The translations under genes and the position numbers were made by a program. Below the pieces are notes generated by a model. It searched no databases. It was not told where the DNA came from and worked only from the letters and a program-made list of their open reading frames with translations. From a virus, in IMG/VR virus record IMGVR_UViG_3300047325_000150: a DNA stretch of 64,000 nt. The stretch is one strand, 5' to 3'. Positions 41,406-50,910 of the stretch are shown here, piece by piece (position 1 is the first letter of the stretch; each line of letters opens with the position of its first letter).

Positions 41406-42095
41406 TTGGAGCAAAAGTTCATGGTTAGTTTTGCGAATGTAAAAACTGTTTCTAAACCATCTCCCAAAGGTAAGGCAACAAAAGCGTCTATTAAAATTGA
41501 CGGATTGCTACAGTTTGCAGCGCTCAACAATGCAATGGGTACCATCGAGACGTTGAAAAAGACGTACGAAGATGAAGTAAAAACACAAATGCTGGCCCAG
41601 TTTATTACCGCTGGTTCAGCAAGTGGATTGAAGCCAGAAAGCTTTGAAGGCACCGAAGATCAAGCAACTGCTAGCTGCGAAATTCGCAAGCGTAGCATCC
41701 GTAGTGTGCTTTCCTCCACTGATAGAGCAATTCTTGCAGATCATAAGATTCCCGTTGAGGAAACAACGTCGGAAACCGAAACGTTGATTTTTAATCCTGC
41801 ATACCTCAATGATGCTAAGCTGATGGCAAAAATTGAAGCAGCATTGAATAAGATTCCTGGGTTGCCAGATGATATCATTATGAAGCAGGAAGGTGTTACC
41901 ACCTTTACCGTTTCTGATGCTACTGTAAACGCAGTATTTGCCACGAAAGATAAAGCAAAACTAGAATTGCTGATTCCTATCGTTACAACGTTGGCAGTGA
42001 AGCCGAAGTTGGATGATGACACTGTAGTTGCCGACACGATTCGTACTCTTCTCCTCGGGGAAACAAAGAAAACCGCTAAAAAGGCTGCTAAGTAG
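41406..42095 (+). CDS. hypothetical protein (GC-elevated block)
   Basis: ORF with an RBS GGAG. Lys-rich C-terminus. Confidence 0.4.
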   Translation: MEQKFMVSFANVKTVSKPSPKGKATKASIKIDGLLQFAALNNAMGTIETLKKTYEDEVKTQMLAQFITAGSASGLKPESFEGTEDQATASCEIRKRSIRSVLSSTDRAILADHKIPVEETTSETETLIFNPAYLNDAKLMAKIEAALNKIPGLPDDIIMKQEGVTTFTVSDATVNAVFATKDKAKLELLIPIVTTLAVKPKLDDDTVVADTIRTLLLGETKKTAKKAAK

Positions 42096-42103
42096 TCCTT
42101 TAG

Positions 42104-42337
42104 ATGAGTAAGATGAGGGGTAAATCAATGAGAGAATTTAAGGCAGGCCAGGTCTGGCAGATGGGTGCAAGGCACGGAGGAGGAAAGACGAAGATCAAGG
42201 CCGTGTTTCCTAACTTCATCAGCTGGGAGCACCTGGCTAGTGAGGGCAGGGGTCCAATCTTGGGCCAGTGGAGCCACATCGGGTTCGACGAGTGGGTTAC
42301 TAAGTTTCAGTGCGTGCTAGTCGAAGACGACGGATAG
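42104..42337 (+). CDS. hypothetical small protein, GC-rich (about 55%)
   Basis: ORF. Likely real start at an internal ATG (MREFKAGQ). Confidence 0.35.
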   Translation: MSKMRGKSMREFKAGQVWQMGARHGGGKTKIKAVFPNFISWEHLASEGRGPILGQWSHIGFDEWVTKFQCVLVEDDG

Positions 42338-42409
42338 TTTGATGTGAACTTTTACTTGCCCTCTCAAAGGATTGCTAAAGATACTTCAACGAGGTCATAG
42401 GAGACAAAA

Positions 42410-42700
42410 ATGACCAAATGGAACGAAACTTATGAGGCTGCTGCTTTTATCTCTTCGGGCGATAGCCGCAAAACATGCAAGCATGTTATGGAAGCAATTG
42501 CGTTTTTTGCTGAAAACTTGACCGAAGCCGAAGCATTTTGGAATGGTGATTTTGGCGGCAAAGTTGATGAACTTGCGATCTGGGAACACGCTACCAATAA
42601 TGGCAAAATCGAATCCGAGGATATGTTATGGGGAATTGATGGCGCACGGTGGGCAATTAATTTGAACTTATGCGAGATTTCCCATATTGGTTCGAATTAA
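42410..42700 (+). CDS. hypothetical protein
   Basis: ORF with a GGAGA RBS. Confidence 0.4.
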   Translation: MTKWNETYEAAAFISSGDSRKTCKHVMEAIAFFAENLTEAEAFWNGDFGGKVDELAIWEHATNNGKIESEDMLWGIDGARWAINLNLCEISHIGSN

Positions 42701-42713
42701 AAGGTAATATGTT

Positions 42714-43343
42714 GTGAAATATACAGAATATGGGTTTTTATATCCACCGCGTCCAGAAAACGCGATTATGAAAATGGCCCTATCTGCTTATGATGCTCGA
42801 AAATGGCACGCGCAAATTAAAAAAAATGGGACAAATAATGTAATTGCAGTAAGTCCGGAGAAAGAATTAATTTGCATGACTCGTCATGGTGTACCACATA
42901 AACAATGGGCACCTACAACCGAATCAGCTGAACCATTTAAAGCTTTACCCGGAAAAGGCTGGTATGTTTTTGTTGCAGAACTTATGAACAACAAAACACC
43001 TGACATCAAAGACATTAATTATGTAAATGATGTATTAGTTGCTGATGGTGAGTACCTTGTCGGGGTCACATTTAGTGAACGTCAGTTACTGATTGAGTCG
43101 CTTTTTAACGTACACGCAGGCGAAAGTGCAGAATCTCATTGGATTGCTCATCCAAATCTTTGGGTTGCAAAAAGCTTTAAAGGCGTAAATTTTCGCACTC
43201 TTTTTGAAGAATTGCATAAACCTGAGGACGAAGGTTTAGTCATTAAAAATCCAAATGCGAAACTACTATTATGTAATACCCAATCTGCTAATTCAGGTTG
43301 GATGGTTAAAATTCGTAAAAAGACTAAGAATTATGGGTTTTAA
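42714..43343 (+). CDS. minimal Rnl2-like RNA ligase (nucleotidyltransferase domain only)
   Basis: Motif I KKNGTN (compare KxHGxN of Rnl2). Motif IV EGLVIKN. Motif V LLLCNTQ ... KIRKK. Confidence 0.5.
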   Translation: MKYTEYGFLYPPRPENAIMKMALSAYDARKWHAQIKKNGTNNVIAVSPEKELICMTRHGVPHKQWAPTTESAEPFKALPGKGWYVFVAELMNNKTPDIKDINYVNDVLVADGEYLVGVTFSERQLLIESLFNVHAGESAESHWIAHPNLWVAKSFKGVNFRTLFEELHKPEDEGLVIKNPNAKLLLCNTQSANSGWMVKIRKKTKNYGF

Positions 43344-43756
43344 AATTACAATTGGTTATGTTACTTTAAATCGCTAATTGATTTTTTACAGGAGAATATA
43401 ATGGGTACAAAAAAAGTGACTAAAAATTATCAACAAGCTCCGTATACAATCTTTTCCGACACTTGCGAAAAGCTTGGTTTGAATCCGAGCGGGCTTTGTA
43501 CAAAACTTGGATATGCTTCTAATAGTTCATCTTCCTGGAAAACGCTTGGAAAAATTCCAAAAGTTGTTGCCGTTAGCTGTCAGGCCTTGCTTCAGATTGA
43601 AAAAAATAAAGAAAAAACTGCAAATGCTAATGATGCAGTCGAAACTTGGGTAATTGTTACTCGTTCAACTGATCAGCGAAATGCAATCAAAGGACTTTTG
43701 AAGGGTTTTGATGTAGAGCATATGCTTATCAGCCAGGCTGCTTGAACTTATAAATG

Positions 43757-43780
43757 GAATGCGCGCTAATGCGCGCATTC
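43757..43780. terminator. bidirectional terminator hairpin
   Basis: GAATGCGCGC-taat-GCGCGCATTC perfect 10-bp stem between convergent genes. Confidence 0.6.
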
Positions 43781-44545
43781 TGTATCAATATATGGTTGGT
43801 CGTTTGGATTTTCTGGACTTAGTGAGTTACAAAACTTTTCCAATGATGAAGTTGAGTCTGACACAGGGGGAGGCTGAGTTTGTTTAACCTCCTGTGTCAC
43901 AATTACAGCGGTTTTAGATGACGCATTGTTATATGATGCCGCTGCAAGTTTTGGGCCAGGATCAGTATTTTCAGTTGGGCACGGTTTACCTAGCATTGCA
44001 CGAGCATTGCGATAATCAATGAATTGACACATCATTTGATCAGCGACATCTTCTTGGTTCATATTCCATGTCATTCTTATTCGTTCAAGTGTTTCGCATT
44101 CTTGCGAAGTATATGCACCTTGCGCTGCACCACCAAATCCGGCAATAGAAATTGTTCCGCCAACTGGTACCATGCATGGCGCAGTAGGTGTTTCAATTAA
44201 AGTTGCTTGGTCTGGAACATTATGGATAGTTTCGGACCCAGAATAGTGGACATTTGAATTATCTGTAGTTGTACCAGAATAATTTACGTTATTACTTGCA
44301 GGGTCTGCTGCTGACCCTATTCCGTTTGGATCAGCGGCGGCGACCGGATCATTAATAGTAATTTCGGCAGATCCTCCACCCGATCTACTCGAACTAGCAC
44401 CAACTTCGCTTCCGGACGATGCACTGGCTCCGGAACTACTGGTGGATGTTGAATTTGAAGTTAGTGCGGTTTGTGCCATAGCTTCTGGCATTATTGCAAC
44501 TGTCATCGCTAATAGTAATCCAAATTTAACCATAACACATCTCAT
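43766..44545 (-). CDS. secreted Ser/Gly/Thr/Ala-rich low-complexity protein
   Basis: Signal peptide MVKFGLLLAMTVAIMPEAMA. Long STSSSGASASSGSE tracts. Cys-containing C-terminal domain. Confidence 0.5.
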   Translation of the reverse strand: MRCVMVKFGLLLAMTVAIMPEAMAQTALTSNSTSTSSSGASASSGSEVGASSSRSGGGSAEITINDPVAAADPNGIGSAADPASNNVNYSGTTTDNSNVHYSGSETIHNVPDQATLIETPTAPCMVPVGGTISIAGFGGAAQGAYTSQECETLERIRMTWNMNQEDVADQMMCQFIDYRNARAMLGKPCPTENTDPGPKLAAASYNNASSKTAVIVTQEVKQTQPPPVSDSTSSLEKFCNSLSPENPNDQPYIDTECAH

Positions 44546-44835
44546 TTGTTAATTTTTTCAGAAGATATGGCTCCGCTGCCAGATTGACTTTCTGCAAAAG
44601 AAAAAGCACCGTCGGAAGTTTCTGAGTTGACATTTGCAGTGCCGCCGATTCCGGATATATTTTCAGAGAATGTAAATCCGTCTGGATTATCCGTTGACGT
44701 GGTAATTTTAGTACCGGAAAATGTGCCAGGACTAGCATTTATAACAACATTTGGAGGTACTAAATTAACGGTTGGCGGCGCTGCATATGCAAATGAGGAT
44801 ACTAACGCCGCCGGAGCTAACAGATATAATTTCAT
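44542..44835 (-). CDS. secreted Gly/Ser/Thr-rich small protein
   Basis: Signal peptide. Low-complexity body. Overlaps the downstream gene. Confidence 0.45.
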   Translation of the reverse strand: MKLYLLAPAALVSSFAYAAPPTVNLVPPNVVINASPGTFSGTKITTSTDNPDGFTFSENISGIGGTANVNSETSDGAFSFAESQSGSGAISSEKINK

Positions 44836-44906
44836 AGAACTGTTCCTAAAAAGGGTGAGAAATTAAGTATTCCTAATTCCTCACCAAGTTGTATTTTCGA
44901 GATTTT

Positions 44907-45245
44907 TTACCAGCTATGAGATTTCAATGCAGTACCAGATGCGCCTGCGGTTGAAACAGAAATACCGTTTTCGGTACCAAGCGCCTTACCAAAAGTAAAT
45001 GATCCGCCATCATTTTCGCTATTAGTACCCGTCAACGTAGTAACACCGCCATCTGACGACGCAACCGATGCTCCGCCTAACGCCGAACCTTCATTAAATG
45101 AGAAGGCCGATCCGGTACCCATTGTTGAAGCCCCTGATCCGGATGAGCTTCCGGATTCTGATATAGTAGTACCTGAGGCAAATACTGCCATTGGTAAGAC
45201 AGTGATAATAGCGGATACAAGTAACAATTTACGCATAAAACACAC
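44907..45245 (-). CDS. secreted Gly/Ser/Thr-rich small protein
   Basis: Signal peptide LLLVSAIITVLPMAVFA. GS-rich body. Confidence 0.45.
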   Translation of the reverse strand: MCFMRKLLLVSAIITVLPMAVFASGTTISESGSSSGSGASTMGTGSAFSFNEGSALGGASVASSDGGVTTLTGTNSENDGGSFTFGKALGTENGISVSTAGASGTALKSHSW

Positions 45246-45543
45246 TCCTGGTTTGTGGATATCCTAACAGGATAGGTGCTGCATGATGAAAACACCAAAC
45301 AAATACCGGTTCAGCATAAAATGTGTGTGATTTAGATTGATACCTGGCAGCCTCTCACCGTGTCTACTTTTAATACTGTATTATACTTTTTGTTACAACG
45401 TTTTTTAACATAAAAGTTATTTTTTGATAATGTCAAGATATTTTTTACAGTCTATATATGTAAAAATAGATATGATTTATACAAATTATGTTACAAAATA
45501 TGATATTAGCAGGTATTTGAGCACCAAATTGGACTAAATTTTG

Positions 45544-45571
45544 GTTGACAGCTCGGATATTGATGCTATTA
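45544..45571 (+). promoter_or_regulatory. sigma-70-type promoter (TTGGTTGACA-16-TATTAT)
   Basis: -35 at 45544-45549 and a -10 at about 45566-45571. Confidence 0.45.
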
Positions 45572-45597
45572 TAGCGTAGTATTAACAAGGAGTTGTT

Positions 45598-46242
45598 ATG
45601 TCAGATTTAAAGAGTGTTAAGACTTTTAATCTGCAGCGCGGTGAGAAATACATCATGCGAGACTGGAAGCGAGCTGAATTACTCTCGGTTAAATTCTTAG
45701 GTGCAGGGATCAAAGGCTCATTTTTAGAAACTACACCGTCGGTTAAAACTATGACCCCTGAGCAAAGTTTCTTTTTTGAAATGAATGGGGTAGAGTTCAA
45801 CGCATATAACGTAGACGGTTGTTTGTGCATTGACCGCGATATCAAGCATCGTATTACATTTTATGCTGCTGACAGCGCTAGCGGTGCTGTAAACGCTGTA
45901 AAAGCGCCAGTAAAAGAGGTTATAGTACCCAAAGCTCAGCAGACTAAAGTAAGGGCAACGCCTGTGGCGCGTGAACCCATTCAGTTCACTGGATCCCTGC
46001 GCATTCCTGAGAAACCAAATACTATCGCCTACTACGCTGCTCGTTTTAATGCGAATGTCAGGCAGGAAAATCTAGATATTTTGGTTAAACAATTTTCCGG
46101 GGTTGTTGTTAAAGCCTCACCGCTCACCGAGCTAGCTTTCCTTCCTATTGCGGATGACCAAGCACGTGAGTTTTTTCAAACCGTTTGCAAGTTGGGCGGG
46201 TTGGTTGAAGAACATCGAGTGCTTGAGGTCATTAAAGGTTAA
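45598..46242 (+). CDS. hypothetical protein
   Basis: ORF with an AAGGAG RBS. Followed by a CCCCGCGGG/CCCGCGGGG hairpin (46271-46297). Confidence 0.45.
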   Translation: MSDLKSVKTFNLQRGEKYIMRDWKRAELLSVKFLGAGIKGSFLETTPSVKTMTPEQSFFFEMNGVEFNAYNVDGCLCIDRDIKHRITFYAADSASGAVNAVKAPVKEVIVPKAQQTKVRATPVAREPIQFTGSLRIPEKPNTIAYYAARFNANVRQENLDILVKQFSGVVVKASPLTELAFLPIADDQAREFFQTVCKLGGLVEEHRVLEVIKG

Positions 46243-46550
46243 AACGTGCGCGGAAGTTGAAATACAAAACCCCGCGGGAGGGATTAGCCCGCGGGGCAGC
46301 AATTATTAAAATTGCTTAAAATTTTGTAAAATCATCGTCGTTTTTGTAGCTTATGCATCTATAAAGCACTCCGACTGAAGGTTACAATTTTAATAATTGC
46401 TGCTATTGAACTGTACTACTGCAAGGTGTACCTGTCCTTCCGTACGAGCTATATTGCTCGCATACATATAATTACACCTTATTAGAATGCGTCAAGCCTT
46501 TGTATGGTGTAATAACTGAAAGTAGGCCAATTAAATTTGGTTGACGCGAT

Positions 46551-46913
46551 ATGTTTATGGTATTAATCAATAAGCCTCAACGATATGAGGTTATAATGAA
46601 AACGCCGACATTACGCCTGGTTCCAACACAGTTGTCCCTTCCTCCAGATCCGATCTTTTTTTCAAAAGAAGACATTAAACTTCACACACGAATTATTTAT
46701 TACGGTGTCTCAGATCCTCTCAGTGAATGGAGAGTAGCAAAGATTATTAGTTACTTTACTACTGATGTTCGGGGACAATGGGAACAAAGAGAAGTGCCCG
46801 AAGTACGACATCTGGATGATGATGTGTATCTTGTTAATGTTAATAACCGTAATGCTAAAATGAAACTTACATTTGGGTATATGCGGTATAGCGCCATTTA
46901 TAGGCTTGCATAG
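46551..46913 (+). CDS. hypothetical protein
   Basis: ORF downstream of a TTGGTTGACG box. Confidence 0.4.
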   Translation: MFMVLINKPQRYEVIMKTPTLRLVPTQLSLPPDPIFFSKEDIKLHTRIIYYGVSDPLSEWRVAKIISYFTTDVRGQWEQREVPEVRHLDDDVYLVNVNNRNAKMKLTFGYMRYSAIYRLA

Positions 46914-46922
46914 GATACACAA

Positions 46923-47342
46923 ATGAAAATAAAAATAAATGGTACCGAAATTGAGCTAACAGGTGGGAGTGCATCGTTTGACGTAAAAAACGGTACATTA
47001 TCATTCTCTCCTAATCACAAAGATCAACACAAAGATCAACACAAATCAGATAAATTATTTTTAATTGAAGGTCCGGAAACTAAGGCGTTGCCGGCCCCAA
47101 AACGTAAAACGGATACAGCCATAACCAAAACATCGATTAAAAACAAATTATTAAAGATGTTTGAAGAAAGTCAGGATGGTATTGTAACCAGTCAATCAAT
47201 AACTTATACTGTATTAGGAAAATTTGCAAGTTCGGACGATAAGACATTCCTTAAAAGAGTAATATCAGATTTAGTTAGCGAAGGTGTTTTGGTAACTGAA
47301 AAAAAGAACGAACGGTCAATATTCAAACTAGCTAATGTGTAA
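46923..47342 (+). CDS. hypothetical protein with HKDQHKDQHK repeat
   Basis: ORF only. Confidence 0.4.
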   Translation: MKIKINGTEIELTGGSASFDVKNGTLSFSPNHKDQHKDQHKSDKLFLIEGPETKALPAPKRKTDTAITKTSIKNKLLKMFEESQDGIVTSQSITYTVLGKFASSDDKTFLKRVISDLVSEGVLVTEKKNERSIFKLANV

Positions 47343-47367
47343 TTTTAGCTCACTACCAAAATCTTAG

Positions 47368-47781
47368 TTGACAACAATATTACGAAGTTTAAGTTCAAAA
47401 CTACGCTCAAACATTAAAATTAAAGGAGTACAATATATGTCGGCCGAAACATTTACTATAGTCGGAGTATCAACTTACGGAAATATTACTAAATTTCGTG
47501 TAGGTAATGGTGTCGCCGCTGAACGTGCTAAGGTATTGGTACGCAATGGCCATACTAAAATCAACTTGGTGGATTTGGAAAATCCCATGACGAAACTCCA
47601 GGCTATTGATTGGTATAAAGAACAACACCCAGAATTTAAGACCTTGACAATCCCAAACCAGGCAAAAATTCTTAAGGCAGCAAAAGCAGCACACCCAGTT
47701 AACGAAACAGAAATTGAAGCAACCGAAGACGCCGAAGCTGAAGATATTTCTGCTAAAATTACGGAAGATACCGCCGCATAA
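47368..47781 (+). CDS. hypothetical protein
   Basis: ORF only. Confidence 0.35.
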   Translation: MTTILRSLSSKLRSNIKIKGVQYMSAETFTIVGVSTYGNITKFRVGNGVAAERAKVLVRNGHTKINLVDLENPMTKLQAIDWYKEQHPEFKTLTIPNQAKILKAAKAAHPVNETEIEATEDAEAEDISAKITEDTAA

Positions 47782-47792
47782 TTGTCTCTTGT

Positions 47793-48020
47793 ATGACACC
47801 CAAACAGAAACTGGTATTGGAAATCGTGTGCGATAGTCCTCATGGCCACTCCATGGTCGAGGATATCGCATTCGAGGCCCAAACAACTCCGCAGGCAGTC
47901 GGAAAGATTGTGGCAGCACTATCTTCGGCAGGCCTTGTTTCCAGACAACGGTTTGCTGCGGGGAAATGGGAAATCTGGCCTACTGACGAAGGGCGCAAAG
48001 AAGCCGCTAACGTCACTTAG
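47793..48020 (+). CDS. small winged-helix DNA-binding protein (MarR/PadR-like)
   Basis: LSSAGLVSRQRFAAGKWEIWPTDEGR wing-like segment. Confidence 0.35.
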   Translation: MTPKQKLVLEIVCDSPHGHSMVEDIAFEAQTTPQAVGKIVAALSSAGLVSRQRFAAGKWEIWPTDEGRKEAANVT

Positions 48021-48241
48021 TTTTCTTCGTAGACATGTTCTGTTGCTTGGGGTTTAAACACCCCATTATGTCTGACGGTTATTGGACATTCAAAAAGCTA
48101 AAAATTTAAAATCAATAATTGACAATAATACTTTTCTAGAACAAAAGTAAATATAAAGATTTATCAAGAAGCATACGATCTAATATGACATTAGACGAGA
48201 AAAACGATATAATAATGAATTCATACAAAAGGTAAAAAAGA

Positions 48242-48712
48242 ATGGAAGAATATTTCACATCGACTAAATCATATTATAATTATCCGTGCGCCCATCGACA
48301 GTATAGACATGATGGAAACTGTGCCAAAATTCATGGATATAGCAGATCATTTCATTTTGTATTTGGTGTAAAAACTTTTACAAAAGAAGGTTTTGCAGTT
48401 GATTATGGCGACTTAGATGAACTTAAACAACATTTGGATTATATGTATGATCATACTTTGGTTCTTGATGAGAACGACCCTCATATGGAAACATTTAGAA
48501 ATCTAGAAAAGGCAGGCGCATGTGATATACGTGTCCAACCATTGGGACCGGGTATGGAGGGAACAGCTCATTATTTGTGCGAATGGGCTGATAATTATCT
48601 ACGAAAAAAATCAAAGGGTAGAGCTTGGGTTATTAGTGTAGAAGCTAGAGAAAATGACAAAAATAGTTCTATATATATAAATCCTAATGCGGGTTTTCAA
48701 GGTTGGTTATGA
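48242..48712 (+). CDS. 6-pyruvoyl-tetrahydropterin synthase / QueD-like protein
   Basis: CAKIHGYS (degenerate CxxHGH zinc site). Acidic EN/DH motifs. Typical 150-aa PTPS size. Confidence 0.5.
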   Translation: MEEYFTSTKSYYNYPCAHRQYRHDGNCAKIHGYSRSFHFVFGVKTFTKEGFAVDYGDLDELKQHLDYMYDHTLVLDENDPHMETFRNLEKAGACDIRVQPLGPGMEGTAHYLCEWADNYLRKKSKGRAWVISVEARENDKNSSIYINPNAGFQGWL

Positions 48713-49157
48713 GTTTTGCATGAACCATAGATTCAAAAAGTTTTATATGGGAATAGCATACGAGACAGCTAAACTTAGCTATGCAGAAAAGATGAAAGTT
48801 GGGTGCGTTGCAGTAAAAGACGATAATATACTAGCTTTTGGGTATAATGGTACACCGCCGGGTTGGGATAATCAGTGCGAAGATATTATAGTTAATCCGG
48901 ATGGTCTATCTGAATTAAAAACTAAGCAGGAAGTTATTCACGCTGAAATGAATTGTTTAATGAAATTATCAAAAAACAATGAGTCTAGTGCAGATGCAAC
49001 AATATTTCTTACTCATTCTCCGTGCTTTGAATGTTCGAAAGGTATATTCTTAGCAGGTATAAAAGAAGTCTACTATTCGGAAGAATATAGAAAAACCGAT
49101 GGAATTGATTTCCTGAAAAAATGTAACATTAAGGTTGAAAAATTTGACTCACTCTAA
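48687..49157 (+). CDS. dCMP deaminase (CDA-fold zinc deaminase)
   Basis: HAEMNCL and SPCFECSK zinc-binding motifs. Confidence 0.8.
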   Translation: MRVFKVGYEFCMNHRFKKFYMGIAYETAKLSYAEKMKVGCVAVKDDNILAFGYNGTPPGWDNQCEDIIVNPDGLSELKTKQEVIHAEMNCLMKLSKNNESSADATIFLTHSPCFECSKGIFLAGIKEVYYSEEYRKTDGIDFLKKCNIKVEKFDSL

Positions 49158-49374
49158 ATTAGTGTTTTGTGTAAAATGGTCAGCAAGTATCTTGCTGATC
49201 ATTGGTTCTATTCTTACTTGTTATAAAATATATCCATATAATATATGGGCATTTGGTTTGGGTAGCTTTTTTTGGGTAGTAGTTGGTTTGTTATGGAAAG
49301 AATATAGCATTGTTATTTTAAATGCTATATCCGTTGGAATATACGTGTTTGGTATAATACATGGTATTAGATAA
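49135..49374 (+). CDS. small membrane protein
   Basis: Three hydrophobic helices. Confidence 0.35.
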   Translation: MKNLTHSKLVFCVKWSASILLIIGSILTCYKIYPYNIWAFGLGSFFWVVVGLLWKEYSIVILNAISVGIYVFGIIHGIR

Positions 49375-49677
49375 AAAAGTATTTGAAAATGCTGGGTTAA
49401 GTTATGAAATTTGGGATTTTTGTTTTGGTAAGGAAATTGCCAAAACAATTATGTCTAATAAATTTTACCTTCAATCATATAATAATAATTGGGAAATTAC
49501 CCTCTGTCAAGAATATGCAGTATTTAATGCATTGATAAATAGGGAAATTTTATTGCAATCTTATTCAAATAAAGAGGAAGCAGAGAATATCTATCTGCAA
49601 TTGGTATTAAGTTCGTCCAATTAAAGTTAATGGATTAATGGTTGATAGACGTTGGTTTTGATGCTAAAATTATTTAG

Positions 49678-50853
49678 ATGAACATACCTGATATTATTTC
49701 GGATGATCTAAAAAATCTTCGATTAATTTTCAATAAAAACGGATTTGATATTCGTTTGGTTGGGGGTGTAGTTCGAGATATGATTGCAGGCGGCAACCCA
49801 ACTGACATTGATCTTTGCACGGATGCTAATCCTTATCAGCAAATTGCTTTGTATGATGCTAATAACGTGCAATATATTGCAACCGGATTAAGTCACGGCA
49901 CCATTACCGTAGTATTAAATCATGTAGCATATGAGATCACTAGTTTAAGGACTGACTCTGATCAAGATGGTCGGCATGCTACGGTCAGTTATACAAAGGA
50001 TTGGCTTGGAGATCTTAGTCGTCGAGATTTTTGTTTTAACGCAATGTCAATGACGTTTGATGGTCAGCTGATTGATCCATTTAATGGCAAACACGATCTT
50101 GAAAATGGTATTGTGAGATTTGTCGGAAATCCGGATGACCGGATAAAAGAAGATTATCTACGAATTATGCGTTGGTTTAGGTTTCTAGGTAGATACGGCG
50201 ACATTGCTCATCCAAATAATTATGATACCATTGCTGCAATCGCCAGAAATGCTAAAGGTTTAAATATCATCAGTGCTGAAAGAATTTGGAAAGAATTTAA
50301 GCAAATTCTTGCACACAATTCGGTCAATGACATATTGCCCTTGTTCAGACCTGCAATGGTAATTGGTCCAATTTTTCAACAATTGCCATATACCAGACGA
50401 GCTTATGCGACTGAATATGTAAACAATGTTATCGCCAGAACTACAAATCCGATTACTCGGTTAATTGCTTTTTATTCAATCCATCGTAACATGGTACGTG
50501 AATACTCTAAAAGATTTAAATGGAGTAAAGATGAAACAAAACTGGCAGAGTTTTTAGCTAACAATCACAGTGCTAATTGGGATCATGGTAGAATGATGGC
50601 TGTTGAAGGATATCCTCGTGAGTTTGTAAAAGAGCTAGCTGTACTTGATAATCGCGATGTATTTCATACTGAGGTATGCAATACATGGGAGGTTCCTGTA
50701 TGTCCAGTAAATGGGGTTGACATTATGGATAAGTTTAATATTTTAGGTCAAGAAGTAGGCATTAAATTAGCGGAAGCTAAGAATTTTTGGGCAGATAATA
50801 ATTATAATGTCAATAAGGAAGAAATTTTTAAATTCTTACAAACAAAAGTTTGA
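49678..50853 (+). CDS. cca: CCA-adding tRNA nucleotidyltransferase (class II NTase / poly(A) polymerase family)
   Basis: Head-domain motif LVGGVVRDMIAGGNPTDIDLCT. RRDF..NAM motif. Typical 391-aa length. Confidence 0.85.
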   Translation: MNIPDIISDDLKNLRLIFNKNGFDIRLVGGVVRDMIAGGNPTDIDLCTDANPYQQIALYDANNVQYIATGLSHGTITVVLNHVAYEITSLRTDSDQDGRHATVSYTKDWLGDLSRRDFCFNAMSMTFDGQLIDPFNGKHDLENGIVRFVGNPDDRIKEDYLRIMRWFRFLGRYGDIAHPNNYDTIAAIARNAKGLNIISAERIWKEFKQILAHNSVNDILPLFRPAMVIGPIFQQLPYTRRAYATEYVNNVIARTTNPITRLIAFYSIHRNMVREYSKRFKWSKDETKLAEFLANNHSANWDHGRMMAVEGYPREFVKELAVLDNRDVFHTEVCNTWEVPVCPVNGVDIMDKFNILGQEVGIKLAEAKNFWADNNYNVNKEEIFKFLQTKV

Positions 50854-50910
50854 TAGATTTTTTTAACAACGTAATTATAGTAAAATCATTACTAACAAAA
50901 AGGTACATTT

